From positions 2,147 through 66,146 of the IMG/VR virus record IMGVR_UViG_3300048599_000546: DNA of 64,000 nucleotides; one strand, 5' to 3'. How positions within the stretch are numbered: position 1 is the first letter of the stretch; each line of letters begins with the position of its first letter. The notes under the pieces were generated by a model. The model saw only the letters and a list, made by a program, of their open reading frames with translations, was not told where the DNA came from and searched no databases. Both the position numbers and the translations under genes were made by a program. Origin of the DNA: a virus. This document shows, piece after piece, positions 1 through 8,810 of the stretch.

Positions 1-246
1 CGGGTGGGGGTCCGAACGAGCGGCCCCGTGCAGCCGGTTGCCGTCGTCGGTCCGCAGCGGCCCGTCGGGCCCACGGTCGAACGGCCACGGTTCGACCATC
101 TGCAGGTGTCGGTCGTCCAGCCAGTCCGAGAGGGCGGTGACCTCGCCCGAGAGCTCCGTGCGGATCTCCTCGGTCGAGGCGCCGAGCTGCTGCGCGAGCA
201 CCGAGGCGTAGTCGTAGGCGGTCAGGTCAGGGGTGAGTTGCGACAT
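1..246 (-). CDS. Hypothetical host protein (runs off window edge)
   Basis: ATG at 246 (minus strand) opens a frame MSQLTPDLTAYDYASVLAQQLG... with no stop to position 1; GC-rich third codon positions; not in the ORF track. Confidence 0.5.
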   Translation of the reverse strand, partial: MSQLTPDLTAYDYASVLAQQLGASTEEIRTELSGEVTALSDWLDDRHLQMVEPWPFDRGPDGPLRTDDGNRLHGAARSDPHP

Positions 247-407
247 GACGACAGCCTGACGAGACCCTGTGACGATCAAGGCTCGATCCGACGTGACCGG
301 GGAACGCTCCCCGGTCACCGAGACAAGCGACCGCCGCGGCAGATGGGGCGCTTCGTACACCGCGTACACTCCGCGGAGCGTTCTGCGGCGTACGCCGCGG
401 AGGGCCC

Positions 408-480
408 GCCCGAGTAGCTCAGTTGGCAGAGCAGCTGTCTTGTAAACAGCAGGTCCGGAGTTCGATTCTCCGCTCGGGCT
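408..480 (+). tRNA. tRNA-Thr(TGT); integration target
   Basis: Cloverleaf: acceptor GCCCGAG/CTCGGGC, D-arm GCTC/GAGC, anticodon stem GCTGT/ACAGC with loop CTTGTAA (TGT at 441-443), T-arm CGGAG-TTCGATT-CTCCG; no encoded CCA. Confidence 0.97.
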
Positions 481-482
481 CT
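435..482 (+). repeat. att site (tRNA-proximal) of prophage
   Basis: CTGTCTTGTAAACAGCAGGTCcGGAGTTCGATTCTCCgCTCGGGCTCT; 46 of 48 positions identical to 41958-42005. Confidence 0.93.
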
Positions 483-506
483 ACGATCTGACCGATCACC
501 CGGCCA

Positions 507-529
507 GCGTGCCATCCCTCGTGCCATCC
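507..529 (+). promoter_or_regulatory. Putative integrase arm-type binding sites (prophage, left)
   Basis: Tandem CGTGCCATCC x2; the same doublet recurs at 41847-41869 near the other prophage end. Confidence 0.75.
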
Positions 530-559
530 GCGCCGCTCCGACTGGTTACGGTGGGCCCC

Positions 560-1720
560 ATGCGGGGCTCGTTGCGGCAGCTCGAGGGCAAGGACCGATG
601 GCAGCTCCGGGTGTACCTCGGGGTCGACCCGGCGACCGGCAAGAAGCGCCAGCTCGGCCGGGTGCACCACGGCGGCCGCCGCTCGGCGGAGGACGCGCTG
701 CGCGACCTGATCGCCGAGGTCGAGCAGGGCCGCGGGCAACCGACTCGGTTCACCACGGTGGGTCAGCTGCTCGAGATGCACCTCGAGAGCCGGTGGGACC
801 GGTGGGCGCCCAACACGCGCAACGAGGCGCGCCGCCTGGTCGAGAGCGAGCTCGTGCCGGCGCTGGGCGAGGTCGACATCCGCCGGCTGCGCCCGCTCGA
901 GGTCGAGCGAGCGATGCGGGCGATCGCCCGCACCCGGCCGCGCACCGCGGTGAACGCTCTCGCGCGTCTCCGGGCCGCGTACTCCGACGCGATGCGCTGG
1001 GAGCTCGTCGACCGGAACCCGGCGGCGATCGCCGACGCGCCCAGCGTGCCCGAGCGCGACGACACCACCCCGGAGATCGGCGACGTCTCGCCGGCGATCC
1101 TCGCGGCGATCGCCGCCGGCGACATCGACGTGGCGGTCATGGTGCGTGTGGCGGTGACCACGGGCGCCCGGCGCGGCGAGCTCGCAGCGCTCCGCTGGTC
1201 CTGCATCGACCTCGAGGCGCGCAAGGTGCGGATCTCGAGGGCCATCTCGATCGACCGCAACGGCGGACCGATGAAGCCGAACGGGATGCGGAAGGGCGTC
1301 GCGGTCGAGGGCCCGACGAAGACCCACAACCGCAAGCGCCTGACGATCGACCAGGGCACCGCGTCGTGGCTCCGCGCGCTGCGCACCGAGTCGATCGAGC
1401 GGGCCGCCGAGTTCGCTATGGAGTGGAACCCGGACGGCTTCGTGTGGTGCCAGCGGCCCGACGGGCTGGACCCGTGGTGGCCCGACACGTTCTCGCACAA
1501 GTGGCACGACCTGGCCGTGGCGATCGGCCGGCCCGAGATCCGACTGCAGGACCTGCGCCACGCCATGATCACCGAGGTGATCTCCGCCGGGTTCGACATC
1601 ACGATCGCGTCCGGCCGCGCTGGCCACCGGAGCAAGACCGTGACGCTCAACACCTACTCGCACGCGCTGCCGGACCGCGACGTCGAGGTCGCTGAGCACC
1701 TCGGCCGCAAGCTCGACTGA
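560..1720 (+). CDS. int: Tyrosine recombinase (prophage integrase)
   Basis: TGARRGELAALRW (catalytic R), LQDLRH, AGH...TLNTYSH (catalytic Y); N-terminal arm-binding region WQLRVYLGVDPATGK; adjacent to att. Confidence 0.95.
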   Translation: MRGSLRQLEGKDRWQLRVYLGVDPATGKKRQLGRVHHGGRRSAEDALRDLIAEVEQGRGQPTRFTTVGQLLEMHLESRWDRWAPNTRNEARRLVESELVPALGEVDIRRLRPLEVERAMRAIARTRPRTAVNALARLRAAYSDAMRWELVDRNPAAIADAPSVPERDDTTPEIGDVSPAILAAIAAGDIDVAVMVRVAVTTGARRGELAALRWSCIDLEARKVRISRAISIDRNGGPMKPNGMRKGVAVEGPTKTHNRKRLTIDQGTASWLRALRTESIERAAEFAMEWNPDGFVWCQRPDGLDPWWPDTFSHKWHDLAVAIGRPEIRLQDLRHAMITEVISAGFDITIASGRAGHRSKTVTLNTYSHALPDRDVEVAEHLGRKLD

Positions 1721-1915
1721 CGGGAGAGATTGCCCATAGAGCGGCGAGTGGCACGGGACGATGTGCCGGGCACCGTCGAATGCATGAGGAAGCTCCACCC
1801 CCACCACCTGTCGCTCGTTCCACCTCGCCGTGACTCGTCCGGCTGCAGCAGCTGCCCGAGGCTGCGTGCGGAGCGACAGCGTGGCTGGGCGTTGCGGGAG
1901 GCGGTGCGACATGGC

Positions 1916-2431
1916 CTATCGATCGTCGTCGCTGCTCTCGACCGCTTCGACGCCTCGGAGCGATGACCGGAACCGGGCGATCACCTCGTCGGTCTCGACG
2001 TCGTCCAGGCCGATGCCGAGCAGCTGCTCGACGATGGCCAGCCGGCGCTCGAGCACCGCGAGGCGATCGACGTCGGGCAGCCGCTCGACCAGCGGTGAGC
2101 GGCGGTCGTCGCGCGTGCCGAAGTTCGCCCGCCAGCTCGCTGCCGCCTCGTCCGGCGACATCTGCTCGAGCTGCTCGAGGTAGCCCGGGAACCCGGCCAC
2201 CCAGTCGGTAGCGCGAACCAGGCGGAGCGGATCCGCCTCGTTCAGCGCAATCGCTACGTCGATCCAGCGGCCGAGCGGGACCTCGGCCTTGCCGGTGATC
2301 CACCGGCTCACGTTCGCCGGCGACATGCCGAGCCGGCGCGCGAGTTCGGACGCGGCGCCGTGCCCGCGCTCGTCCACCATCCGCCTGAGTTCCGCCGTTA
2401 CCGCCACGGCGTCATGTTGAGGCGAAGCCAC
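1916..2431 (-). CDS. XRE-family immunity repressor
   Basis: HTH ASELARRLGMSPANVSRWITGKAEVP; divergent from a Cro-like gene; start uncertain (GTG 2431 lies 7 nt after TAGGGT, so it may be leaderless). Confidence 0.8.
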   Translation of the reverse strand: MASPQHDAVAVTAELRRMVDERGHGAASELARRLGMSPANVSRWITGKAEVPLGRWIDVAIALNEADPLRLVRATDWVAGFPGYLEQLEQMSPDEAAASWRANFGTRDDRRSPLVERLPDVDRLAVLERRLAIVEQLLGIGLDDVETDEVIARFRSSLRGVEAVESSDDDR

Positions 2432-2483
2432 GGATTCGACCCTACCCGGGACCGCACTTCTCACGTCACTTGTAACTTCACTG

Positions 2484-2513
2484 TTGCAATTTCACGTTGT
2501 GCGTATAACGTGA
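2484..2513 (+). promoter_or_regulatory. Putative rightward lytic promoter overlapped by an operator palindrome
   Basis: AT-rich gap; TTGCAA(2484)-16 nt-TAACGT(2506), 7 nt before GTG 2519; inverted repeat TCACGTT-N8-AACGTGA at 2492-2513. Confidence 0.6.
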
Positions 2514-2518
2514 CACTT

Positions 2519-2851
2519 GTGAGTGACATCAAACCCGCCTCTGAGTTCCGCCCGGTGGTGAGCACCGCGGCGCTGCGCCGGGCCTTCGACGCCTGGGCCA
2601 AGGACAACTGGAGTGCCCGCCTCGACGCGGTGATCCTCGCCCGCCCTCCGCTGCGCACCGCCCACGTGGCGCGCATGGCCGACACGACCCCGCAGACGAT
2701 CGACAAGATCCGCTCCGGCGAGATCATCCCGAAGGAGTACCTCCGCTACGCGATCGCCATCGCGCTCGGCTGCGAGGTCGAGGCGCTGTTCCCGGCGCCC
2801 ACCCGTGAGGAGCTGTTCGCCCGCGCGGCTGCCCTCGGAGACGTCGCGTGA
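2519..2851 (+). CDS. Cro-like HTH protein
   Basis: TAHVARMADTTPQTIDKIRSGEIIP...IAIALGCEVEALFP is an XRE-type HTH; divergent from the repressor. Confidence 0.75.
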   Translation: MSDIKPASEFRPVVSTAALRRAFDAWAKDNWSARLDAVILARPPLRTAHVARMADTTPQTIDKIRSGEIIPKEYLRYAIAIALGCEVEALFPAPTREELFARAAALGDVA

Positions 2852-3108
2852 GCGTCGAGCAGGCGATCGCCGACGTCGTCGCCCGCGTCGTCCGCCAGGA
2901 GCTCGAGGCCGTGATGAGCCCGCCGGCGACGCCCCGCCTCGCGCTCGACGTGACCGAGGTCGCCGAGGCGCTCGGCATGTCGGAGAGCTGGGTCTACGAC
3001 GCGATCCGCCTGCACGGTCTGCCGGCGAAGCGCGTCGGGGGCAACGGCAAGACCCTGATCCCCGTCGCTGCGCTGCAGGCCTGGCTCGTCGACGAGCCGC
3101 CGCCGTAG
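2848..3108 (+). CDS. Excisionase-like HTH protein
   Basis: LDVTEVAEALGMSESWVYDAIR...LPAKRVG...TLIPVAALQAW, typical MerR-like Xis/HTH_17 pattern. Confidence 0.8.
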   Translation: MSVEQAIADVVARVVRQELEAVMSPPATPRLALDVTEVAEALGMSESWVYDAIRLHGLPAKRVGGNGKTLIPVAALQAWLVDEPPP

Positions 3109-3122
3109 CCCCCCGGCCAGCT

Positions 3123-3370
3123 GGCGTCCGTCCGACGCCGTTGGCGCCTCGCCCGTCCCGCGATCCCGCCTCGCGGTCGATGGGCGAGGCACCTGCGCTG
3201 TCGGACACCGCTCGGTCTCGCCCCTTCCCTTCCTCTTCCTACAGAGGTCGGGCGTGGACCGGCAGCCAACCCCCGCCCCCGACCGTCCTGATGGGGCCGG
3301 TCGGGGGCGGGTCCCGATCACACGAAAAGCCCGGCGCCACCTCCTCCGTGAACAGGTCAGGGGTGACGCC
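3123..3370 (+). other. Multi-hairpin non-coding tract (candidate structured RNA)
   Basis: Five consecutive stems, including a perfect 14-bp stem 3272-3285/3298-3311 and a 12-bp stem 3146-3157/3179-3190. Confidence 0.55.
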
Positions 3371-3388
3371 AGAACCAGGAGGAATCCT

Positions 3389-3721
3389 ATGACCACCAGC
3401 ACTAGCAACGCGGCGGAGGCGCTCCGCCAGGAGCTCCACGACCGCACCCTCGCCACAGCGCCGGAGGGCAGCTACCACACGATCGCCGAGCTGATCGACG
3501 TCGTGAGGCGGACTGCCGACCTTCTCGACCACCTCGAGTCCGCTGCGAGCAAGGCGACCGGCTCCGACAACGGCCTCTCCGTCGAGGACCACACGACCAT
3601 GCTCGCCGTCGACCTGCGCCATGTCAGGGGCATGCTCCGGGGCGCTGTTTCGACCCTCGGACTGGCTCACACGACCATCGGCCACCTCTCGTTCCCCGCG
3701 CTCGAGGCGGTGATCGACTGA
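3389..3721 (+). CDS. Hypothetical phage protein
   Basis: Strong SD AGGAGG before ATG; stop overlaps the next start. Confidence 0.75.
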   Translation: MTTSTSNAAEALRQELHDRTLATAPEGSYHTIAELIDVVRRTADLLDHLESAASKATGSDNGLSVEDHTTMLAVDLRHVRGMLRGAVSTLGLAHTTIGHLSFPALEAVID

Positions 3722-4188
3722 TGGCTGCTGTGATGTCCCTGACGCCGGCGGAGGCCCGCGCCGTGATGGCGCGCCGGACCTGGGCCCGGTTCCACCGCGC
3801 GCACGAGCTGGTCACCAGCTCGATCGACGCGGCCCTGGTCGAGCGGTGCGGCCTGAGCCTCACCCAGTTCGACGTGCTCGAGTCCGTCGTCGACGGCCCG
3901 CTCCGGATGAACGAGGTCGCCGACCGAGCGCTGCTGTCGCCGTCCGGGCTCACCCGTGTGGTCGACGCCCTAATCAGCGACCGGCACCTCGTCCAGCGGC
4001 TCCGCCACGACGCTGACCGCCGCGGGGTGCTGCTCGCGATCCTGCCCGCCGGCCTCGACCTCGTCGCCCGGGCGCGTCCCGTGCTCGACGAGCTGCTCGC
4101 CGAGAAGTTCACCGGCCAGCTCCGCGCGTCGCACCTGCTCGCTCTCGACCAGATCACTGGCCTTCTCGCTGACGGAGGTGGCGTCTGA
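3721..4188 (+). CDS. MarR-family transcriptional regulator
   Basis: GLSLTQFDVL...LRMNEVADRALLSPSGLTRVVDAL...DADRRG wHTH with DRR wing motif. Confidence 0.85.
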   Translation: MAAVMSLTPAEARAVMARRTWARFHRAHELVTSSIDAALVERCGLSLTQFDVLESVVDGPLRMNEVADRALLSPSGLTRVVDALISDRHLVQRLRHDADRRGVLLAILPAGLDLVARARPVLDELLAEKFTGQLRASHLLALDQITGLLADGGGV

Positions 4189-4613
4189 TGGCCACCACCA
4201 CGGTTCCCCAGATCGCCGAGGACCTGGTCGTCACCGCCGCCGAGCTCCACGCGGATGCCGAGCAGCTCGAGTACGTCCTGAGCGCGCTGCCCGGGTTCGC
4301 GCCGTCCGGCGCTGCAGCCGAGAAGCGGGCCCGGGCCGAGCGCCTGGTGGCGCACGCCCGCCAGGTCGGCCGCACCGATCTCGCGCCGTCGGTGCCGCTC
4401 ACGTCGGCCGAGCAGCTGCTCGCCGCGCAGCGGATCATCGACGCCACACCTCGGCACGGGCTCACGATGGGCGAAGCGCTCGCGGTGCTCGCCGCGGCGC
4501 TCGAGGCAGCGCGCGTCATCTCGGCCGAGCCACCGCGGGTGACGACCGCCGGGTTCGTGGAGGACCTGCGCGAGCAGCTCGTCGACGCCGCCCGGAACGG
4601 GAGCGGCTCGTGA
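4188..4613 (+). CDS. Hypothetical phage protein
   Basis: Translationally coupled ORF in the early operon. Confidence 0.65.
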   Translation: MATTTVPQIAEDLVVTAAELHADAEQLEYVLSALPGFAPSGAAAEKRARAERLVAHARQVGRTDLAPSVPLTSAEQLLAAQRIIDATPRHGLTMGEALAVLAAALEAARVISAEPPRVTTAGFVEDLREQLVDAARNGSGS

Positions 4614-6121
4614 GCACCGACGTCGCGACCCAGTTCCCGCTCGGGGTGCAGGACCTGCCCCTCGACCAGATCACCCCGAACCCGGCGAACGTCCGCACGG
4701 TCATCGATGACCTCACCGAGCTCACCGCTTCGATCCTCGAGCTCGGCGTGCTCGAGCCGATCCTCGTGCACCTCGTCGCCGGCACGACCGACGAGTTCAT
4801 GATCATCGCCGGCGAGCGCCGCTGGACCGCCAGCGGTCTCGCCGGCCTGGTCACGATCCCGGCGATCGTCCGCGACGAACCCGACGAGATCACGCTGGCC
4901 GAGATCATGCTCGCCGAGAACGTGCACCGCGCCGAGCTCAGCCCGATCGACGAGGGCCACGCCCTGCTCCGCATCCAGGAGTCCGGCCGGTACCGCCGTC
5001 TGCGCGACATCGCCGCCCGGGTGCACCGCTCCGAGGACTGGGTAGCGAAACGGATCCGGCTCGTCACGAAGCTCGACGAGGAGTCCCAGGACCGCGTCGC
5101 CCGCGGTGAGGTCACGATCGAGGACGCGGTGGCGGTCGCGGGGCTCAAGGCGCCAGACGAGGTGAAGGCCCAGATCCTCGGCGAGCGTGACGACGACCGG
5201 CGCCGCGCGGCGATCGCCGAGGAGGAGCGCAAGGCCCGCGACGCCGCAGCGCGCAAGGAAGCGGACCGCCTGTGGGGCAGCCGGCTCGTCACCGACGGCT
5301 CGCACGTCGCTCCGGGCCCGTGGGGCAAGGCCGAGATCGGCTACGGCCCGGGCATGCTGAACCTGCCCGAGGGCATGCTCGACGGCGACGACATCGTCCC
5401 GGTGTGGAACCCGCACTTCCGCGACGTCCGCGTCTGGACCACCCACCCCGAGCGCTACGACCTCGACCTCTACGTCGGCGGCTCGATCGACACGATCCCG
5501 GCGAAGGCCACGCCGATCACCGAGCTCGGCTTCGACACCCGGGACCACCGGGCCCTCTCCGAGCTGCGCACCTGCGAACGCGACGACGTCGTCCTGCTCA
5601 AGCTGCCCTGGGCCAACGTCGTCGCGACGACCGACCCCGGGCTCTACACGAACAAGCGCCGCAAGGGCTACGTCTCCGAGCAGGACCTGGTCGACGCCTA
5701 CATGCGCCGCCAGGATGGCCGCCGGCCCGGCGAACCCCTGCGTGGTGCTGACCGGTGGGGGCTGTCGAGCCGGGCCGAGGAGCTGCTCAACGAACGCATC
5801 GCCGAGCAGCTCGACAGGCTCGACACCGAGGCGCGCACCGCTCTGGCGCTCGGCATGGCGTCCTCGCTCGGGAGCGCATGGGACGTCACCAGCCTCGTCG
5901 CCGAGCTCAGCGAGATGCTCCGCCAGGTCGTCACCAGCTGGGCGAACTACCCGGAGGACCTGGAGGAGAGCGACGTCGTGTTCGCTCCTGGTCTGCTGTG
6001 GGCGCTGCAGGCGTGCATCGACGCCGGCGACCCGCCCCCGAACCTCGACGCCCTCCGCACCCGTATCGAGGTCCTCACCCGCGGCGAGCTCGTCGACGAC
6101 GTCGAGGAGCCGGCCTCGTGA
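4610..6121 (+). CDS. ParB/RepB/Spo0J-family protein with long C-terminal extension
   Basis: LDQITPNPANVR...ELTASILELGVLEPILV...IIAGERRWTAS...ENVHRAELSPIDEG followed by an HTH. Confidence 0.88.
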   Translation: MSTDVATQFPLGVQDLPLDQITPNPANVRTVIDDLTELTASILELGVLEPILVHLVAGTTDEFMIIAGERRWTASGLAGLVTIPAIVRDEPDEITLAEIMLAENVHRAELSPIDEGHALLRIQESGRYRRLRDIAARVHRSEDWVAKRIRLVTKLDEESQDRVARGEVTIEDAVAVAGLKAPDEVKAQILGERDDDRRRAAIAEEERKARDAAARKEADRLWGSRLVTDGSHVAPGPWGKAEIGYGPGMLNLPEGMLDGDDIVPVWNPHFRDVRVWTTHPERYDLDLYVGGSIDTIPAKATPITELGFDTRDHRALSELRTCERDDVVLLKLPWANVVATTDPGLYTNKRRKGYVSEQDLVDAYMRRQDGRRPGEPLRGADRWGLSSRAEELLNERIAEQLDRLDTEARTALALGMASSLGSAWDVTSLVAELSEMLRQVVTSWANYPEDLEESDVVFAPGLLWALQACIDAGDPPPNLDALRTRIEVLTRGELVDDVEEPAS

Positions 6122-6456
6122 ACGCCGACCAGTGCACCACCGTGGTCGAGGCGTGCGTACCGCGCGGGTTCGCCGGTGCGAGCGTCATCGGCGGGCTCGT
6201 CATCGGGTTCCTCCTCGCGGCGTGGCTGTTCGGCCACGCGCTCAACGCAGCGCGCCACGACGCCCGCGACGCCCGACAGATCGCCGACCGCCGAGCGACG
6301 ACGATCACCCGTCTCGAGCGTCGGGTCGTGGCCGAGCAGGCCCGGGCACGAGATGCCGAGGAGAAGCTGGCCGCGCTCGCTCCGGTCATCGAGCTCGAGC
6401 GCCACCTGCGCCCCGTACCACCAGCGGCGGGCACGACCAGGCGGCGGCGCCGGTGA
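6118..6456 (+). CDS. Hypothetical membrane/coiled-coil protein
   Basis: One hydrophobic segment then a coiled coil; GTGA coupling. Confidence 0.65.
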   Translation: MNADQCTTVVEACVPRGFAGASVIGGLVIGFLLAAWLFGHALNAARHDARDARQIADRRATTITRLERRVVAEQARARDAEEKLAALAPVIELERHLRPVPPAAGTTRRRRR

Positions 6457-6572
6457 GCAGCAGCTCGGGGTGGAGCGGCCTGCAGGTGGCCGCGGTGTGG
6501 GCCGGGCTCCTGCTCGCGGACGCGATGGTGCTGGCGGGCTGCGCTGCCGTGGTCGTGGCGGTCGCGTCGTGA
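6453..6572 (+). CDS. Small hydrophobic protein
   Basis: 39-aa hydrophobic ORF coupled by GTGA overlaps on both sides. Confidence 0.5.
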   Translation: MSSSSGWSGLQVAAVWAGLLLADAMVLAGCAAVVVAVAS

Positions 6573-7033
6573 AGCCACCGCGCGCCATCACGACCGCGGT
6601 GCCGGCGCTCCACCCGGGCGCCGGCGCCGGGTCCTCCCGGGTCCACGCGCACCTGGTCGACCTCCTCGAGCGTTCCGAGAGCGACGTCGGCCACCCCGAC
6701 GCCCGCCGAGTGCTCGGCGTGACCCTCCGCGCGTGGCTCCGCACCGTGAACGACGACCGCCAGGTCCTCGACCACTACGCCCGCGGTGGCCTCGACCCGC
6801 TCACCTCCTACGCGCTGCCACTCCCCCCGCCCAGCTCGCTGCGCGGCCTGACCGGCGAGCAGATCCACCGCGCCGTCAGCCTCCTCGACCACTACCGCTG
6901 GCTCCTCCTCGTGAAGGGCGCCGGCGACCTGTCCCGCTGGCGCGCCGGGCACGCACGCAGCGACTGCATCCCGTTCGCCGAACGACCAGCACACCCACCG
7001 ACCAGCCACCGCGCACGAAGGAACCGCACGTGA
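6569..7033 (+). CDS. Hypothetical phage protein
   Basis: GTGA-coupled ORF with GC-rich third positions. Confidence 0.6.
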   Translation: MKPPRAITTAVPALHPGAGAGSSRVHAHLVDLLERSESDVGHPDARRVLGVTLRAWLRTVNDDRQVLDHYARGGLDPLTSYALPLPPPSSLRGLTGEQIHRAVSLLDHYRWLLLVKGAGDLSRWRAGHARSDCIPFAERPAHPPTSHRARRNRT

Positions 7034-8277
7034 CCACCAGCCACACCCTGATCATCTCCGGACCGATAGAGGAGCTCGAGCCCCACCTGCAGATGCTCAC
7101 CGCCGGCGAGCGCCACGTCCGCCTCGTCGACGTCACCGCCGGATCGATGCTCCTCGAGGCCGACCTCACTGCCCCCACCGTGGAGGCCGACGACCGCGTC
7201 TGCCGCGTGTGCGGCTGCACCGACTACACCGCGTGCGGCGGCATGCTCGGCTGCAGCTGGGTCGAGGACGACCTCTGCTCGGCCTGCGTCGCCGACGACG
7301 TCGCGCGGACGGTCACGAGGGACGGCGTGGTCACGACGACCGCCTCGACGTGCTGCGACGTCGAGCTCACCAGGTACGCCGGCCCGGGCCGCGAGCGCGG
7401 CCGCATGTGCACGGTGTGCGAGGCCGAGTACCCCGACCCGATCTGTGGGGCGGACGTGCTCGGCTTCACCTGCACACTGGCGCCAGGCCACGACGGCTCC
7501 CACATCTCCTCCGGCACGACCGAGCTGGACGACGGGCCGGTCGACCACGTCGTGATCGCCCCAGCTGTCGACCCCGGTACCGAAATCGTGACCGGGGATG
7601 AGGACGTCGAGGGGGTGGGAGATGCCGGAGTCGGAGACGACCCGGGCGGTGTGTCCGGTGCCGCGTTCACATCACCCGCCTCCTCGACCACCACCGACCC
7701 CGAGAGTGACATCGGCGGTAAAGACTTCACCCCGGATGTCACCCCGCCGGCCGACGGCGTCGACGACACCGAGGAGCCTTCTGAGCGGGGGGGGTCCCAG
7801 GTGCTGCCTGAGCCACCGCTCGACGCCAGCTATCCGCTGACCGAGCGCGTCGTCGCGCTGCTCGAGGCGGACCGCGACATCGAGTGGGCACCGCACCAGG
7901 TGGCCACCGCGCTCGCCGTGTCGCCACGCAAGGTGAAGTCCGTCGGCCAGACCATGTCGAACCTCGTGACGCGTGGGCGGATCGCCCGCGTCGGCATCGG
8001 CATGTACCAGGCCCACGAAGCCCCCGACGAAGCCGAACCCGCCGAATCCGACGACGGCGACCAGGACGAGGACAGCGTCGACGAACGCCCGCTCGCCGAC
8101 GTCGTCCTCGAGACGATGCGCACACGCGACGCCGACCACGTCTGGGACTTCGACGACCTCCACGAGCTCACCCCCGGCACGAACGCCGCGCTCATGGCGG
8201 CGCTCGACCGGCTCAAGTCGAACCTGCAGGTCGTGAAGGTCGAACGCGGCCGCTACCAGCTGCGAGGCGACGCGTGA
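7030..8277 (+). CDS. Hypothetical protein with Cys clusters, acidic linker and two possible winged helices
   Basis: CRVCGCT..AC...CSWVEDDLCSAC; CC..CTVC; CTLAPGHDGSH; C-terminal repeats ending RIARVGIGMY and VVKVERGRY. Confidence 0.7.
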   Translation: MTTSHTLIISGPIEELEPHLQMLTAGERHVRLVDVTAGSMLLEADLTAPTVEADDRVCRVCGCTDYTACGGMLGCSWVEDDLCSACVADDVARTVTRDGVVTTTASTCCDVELTRYAGPGRERGRMCTVCEAEYPDPICGADVLGFTCTLAPGHDGSHISSGTTELDDGPVDHVVIAPAVDPGTEIVTGDEDVEGVGDAGVGDDPGGVSGAAFTSPASSTTTDPESDIGGKDFTPDVTPPADGVDDTEEPSERGGSQVLPEPPLDASYPLTERVVALLEADRDIEWAPHQVATALAVSPRKVKSVGQTMSNLVTRGRIARVGIGMYQAHEAPDEAEPAESDDGDQDEDSVDERPLADVVLETMRTRDADHVWDFDDLHELTPGTNAALMAALDRLKSNLQVVKVERGRYQLRGDA

Positions 8278-8810
8278 CCGACCGCTCCACGATCGAGTGC
8301 CACGTCCCGGGCTGCACCGCCTGTGGTGGCACCACGCCCGCTGGGCAGGCCCGACCCGAGGTGTCAGCCGCACCGATGTCGGTCCTGCCCAGCCATCCTC
8401 CCACGACACACCGTCAGCCTGGCGCGACCCGCAGCGACGAGCTCGACCGCCGGGCGCTCGAGCTCGTCGCCGAGTCGTTGCACGTCGACCTCGACGAGCC
8501 CGGCATGCCCGACGCCCTCCGCTCCACCCAGGCCTACGCCCTCATGCGCCTCAACCTCCAGGCCCGCGAGATGCTCGAGCAGCTCGCCGCAGCGATGAAC
8601 GCCGCGTACGAGCACCTCAAGCCGGTCCTCGTCGGTCTCATCACAGCGTTCTTCACCTGCAGGCGCCGCGGGTGCAGCGACCTCGCTGACCCCGCCGGCA
8701 CCGACAACACGCTGTGCGCACGGCACAACGCCCGCGGGTTCGCCGCCGCCTGGGCCGTGATTCTGACCGCGATGGTGCTCCTGTCGATCGCCGCGGTGGT
8801 GGCCTCATGA
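8274..8810 (+). CDS. Hypothetical protein with C-terminal TM
   Basis: Coupled ORF; Cys motif plus hydrophobic tail. Confidence 0.6.
   Translation: MTDRSTIECHVPGCTACGGTTPAGQARPEVSAAPMSVLPSHPPTTHRQPGATRSDELDRRALELVAESLHVDLDEPGMPDALRSTQAYALMRLNLQAREMLEQLAAAMNAAYEHLKPVLVGLITAFFTCRRRGCSDLADPAGTDNTLCARHNARGFAAAWAVILTAMVLLSIAAVVAS

Noticed and set aside
369-402. Inverted repeat CTCCGCGG...CCGCGGAG upstream of the tRNA
   Set aside because: Short GC-rich stem that could arise by chance; no further support.
419-1912. 497-aa ORF antisense to the integrase (and many similar long antisense or alternate-frame ORFs, e.g. 29067-31754, 35432-37972)
   Set aside because: Shadow ORFs expected in high-GC DNA; no motifs; they overlap well-supported genes.
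1916-2431. Integration-dependent immunity (attP inside the repressor gene)
   Set aside because: The att core lies upstream of int, not in the repressor, which is intact and ends before int.
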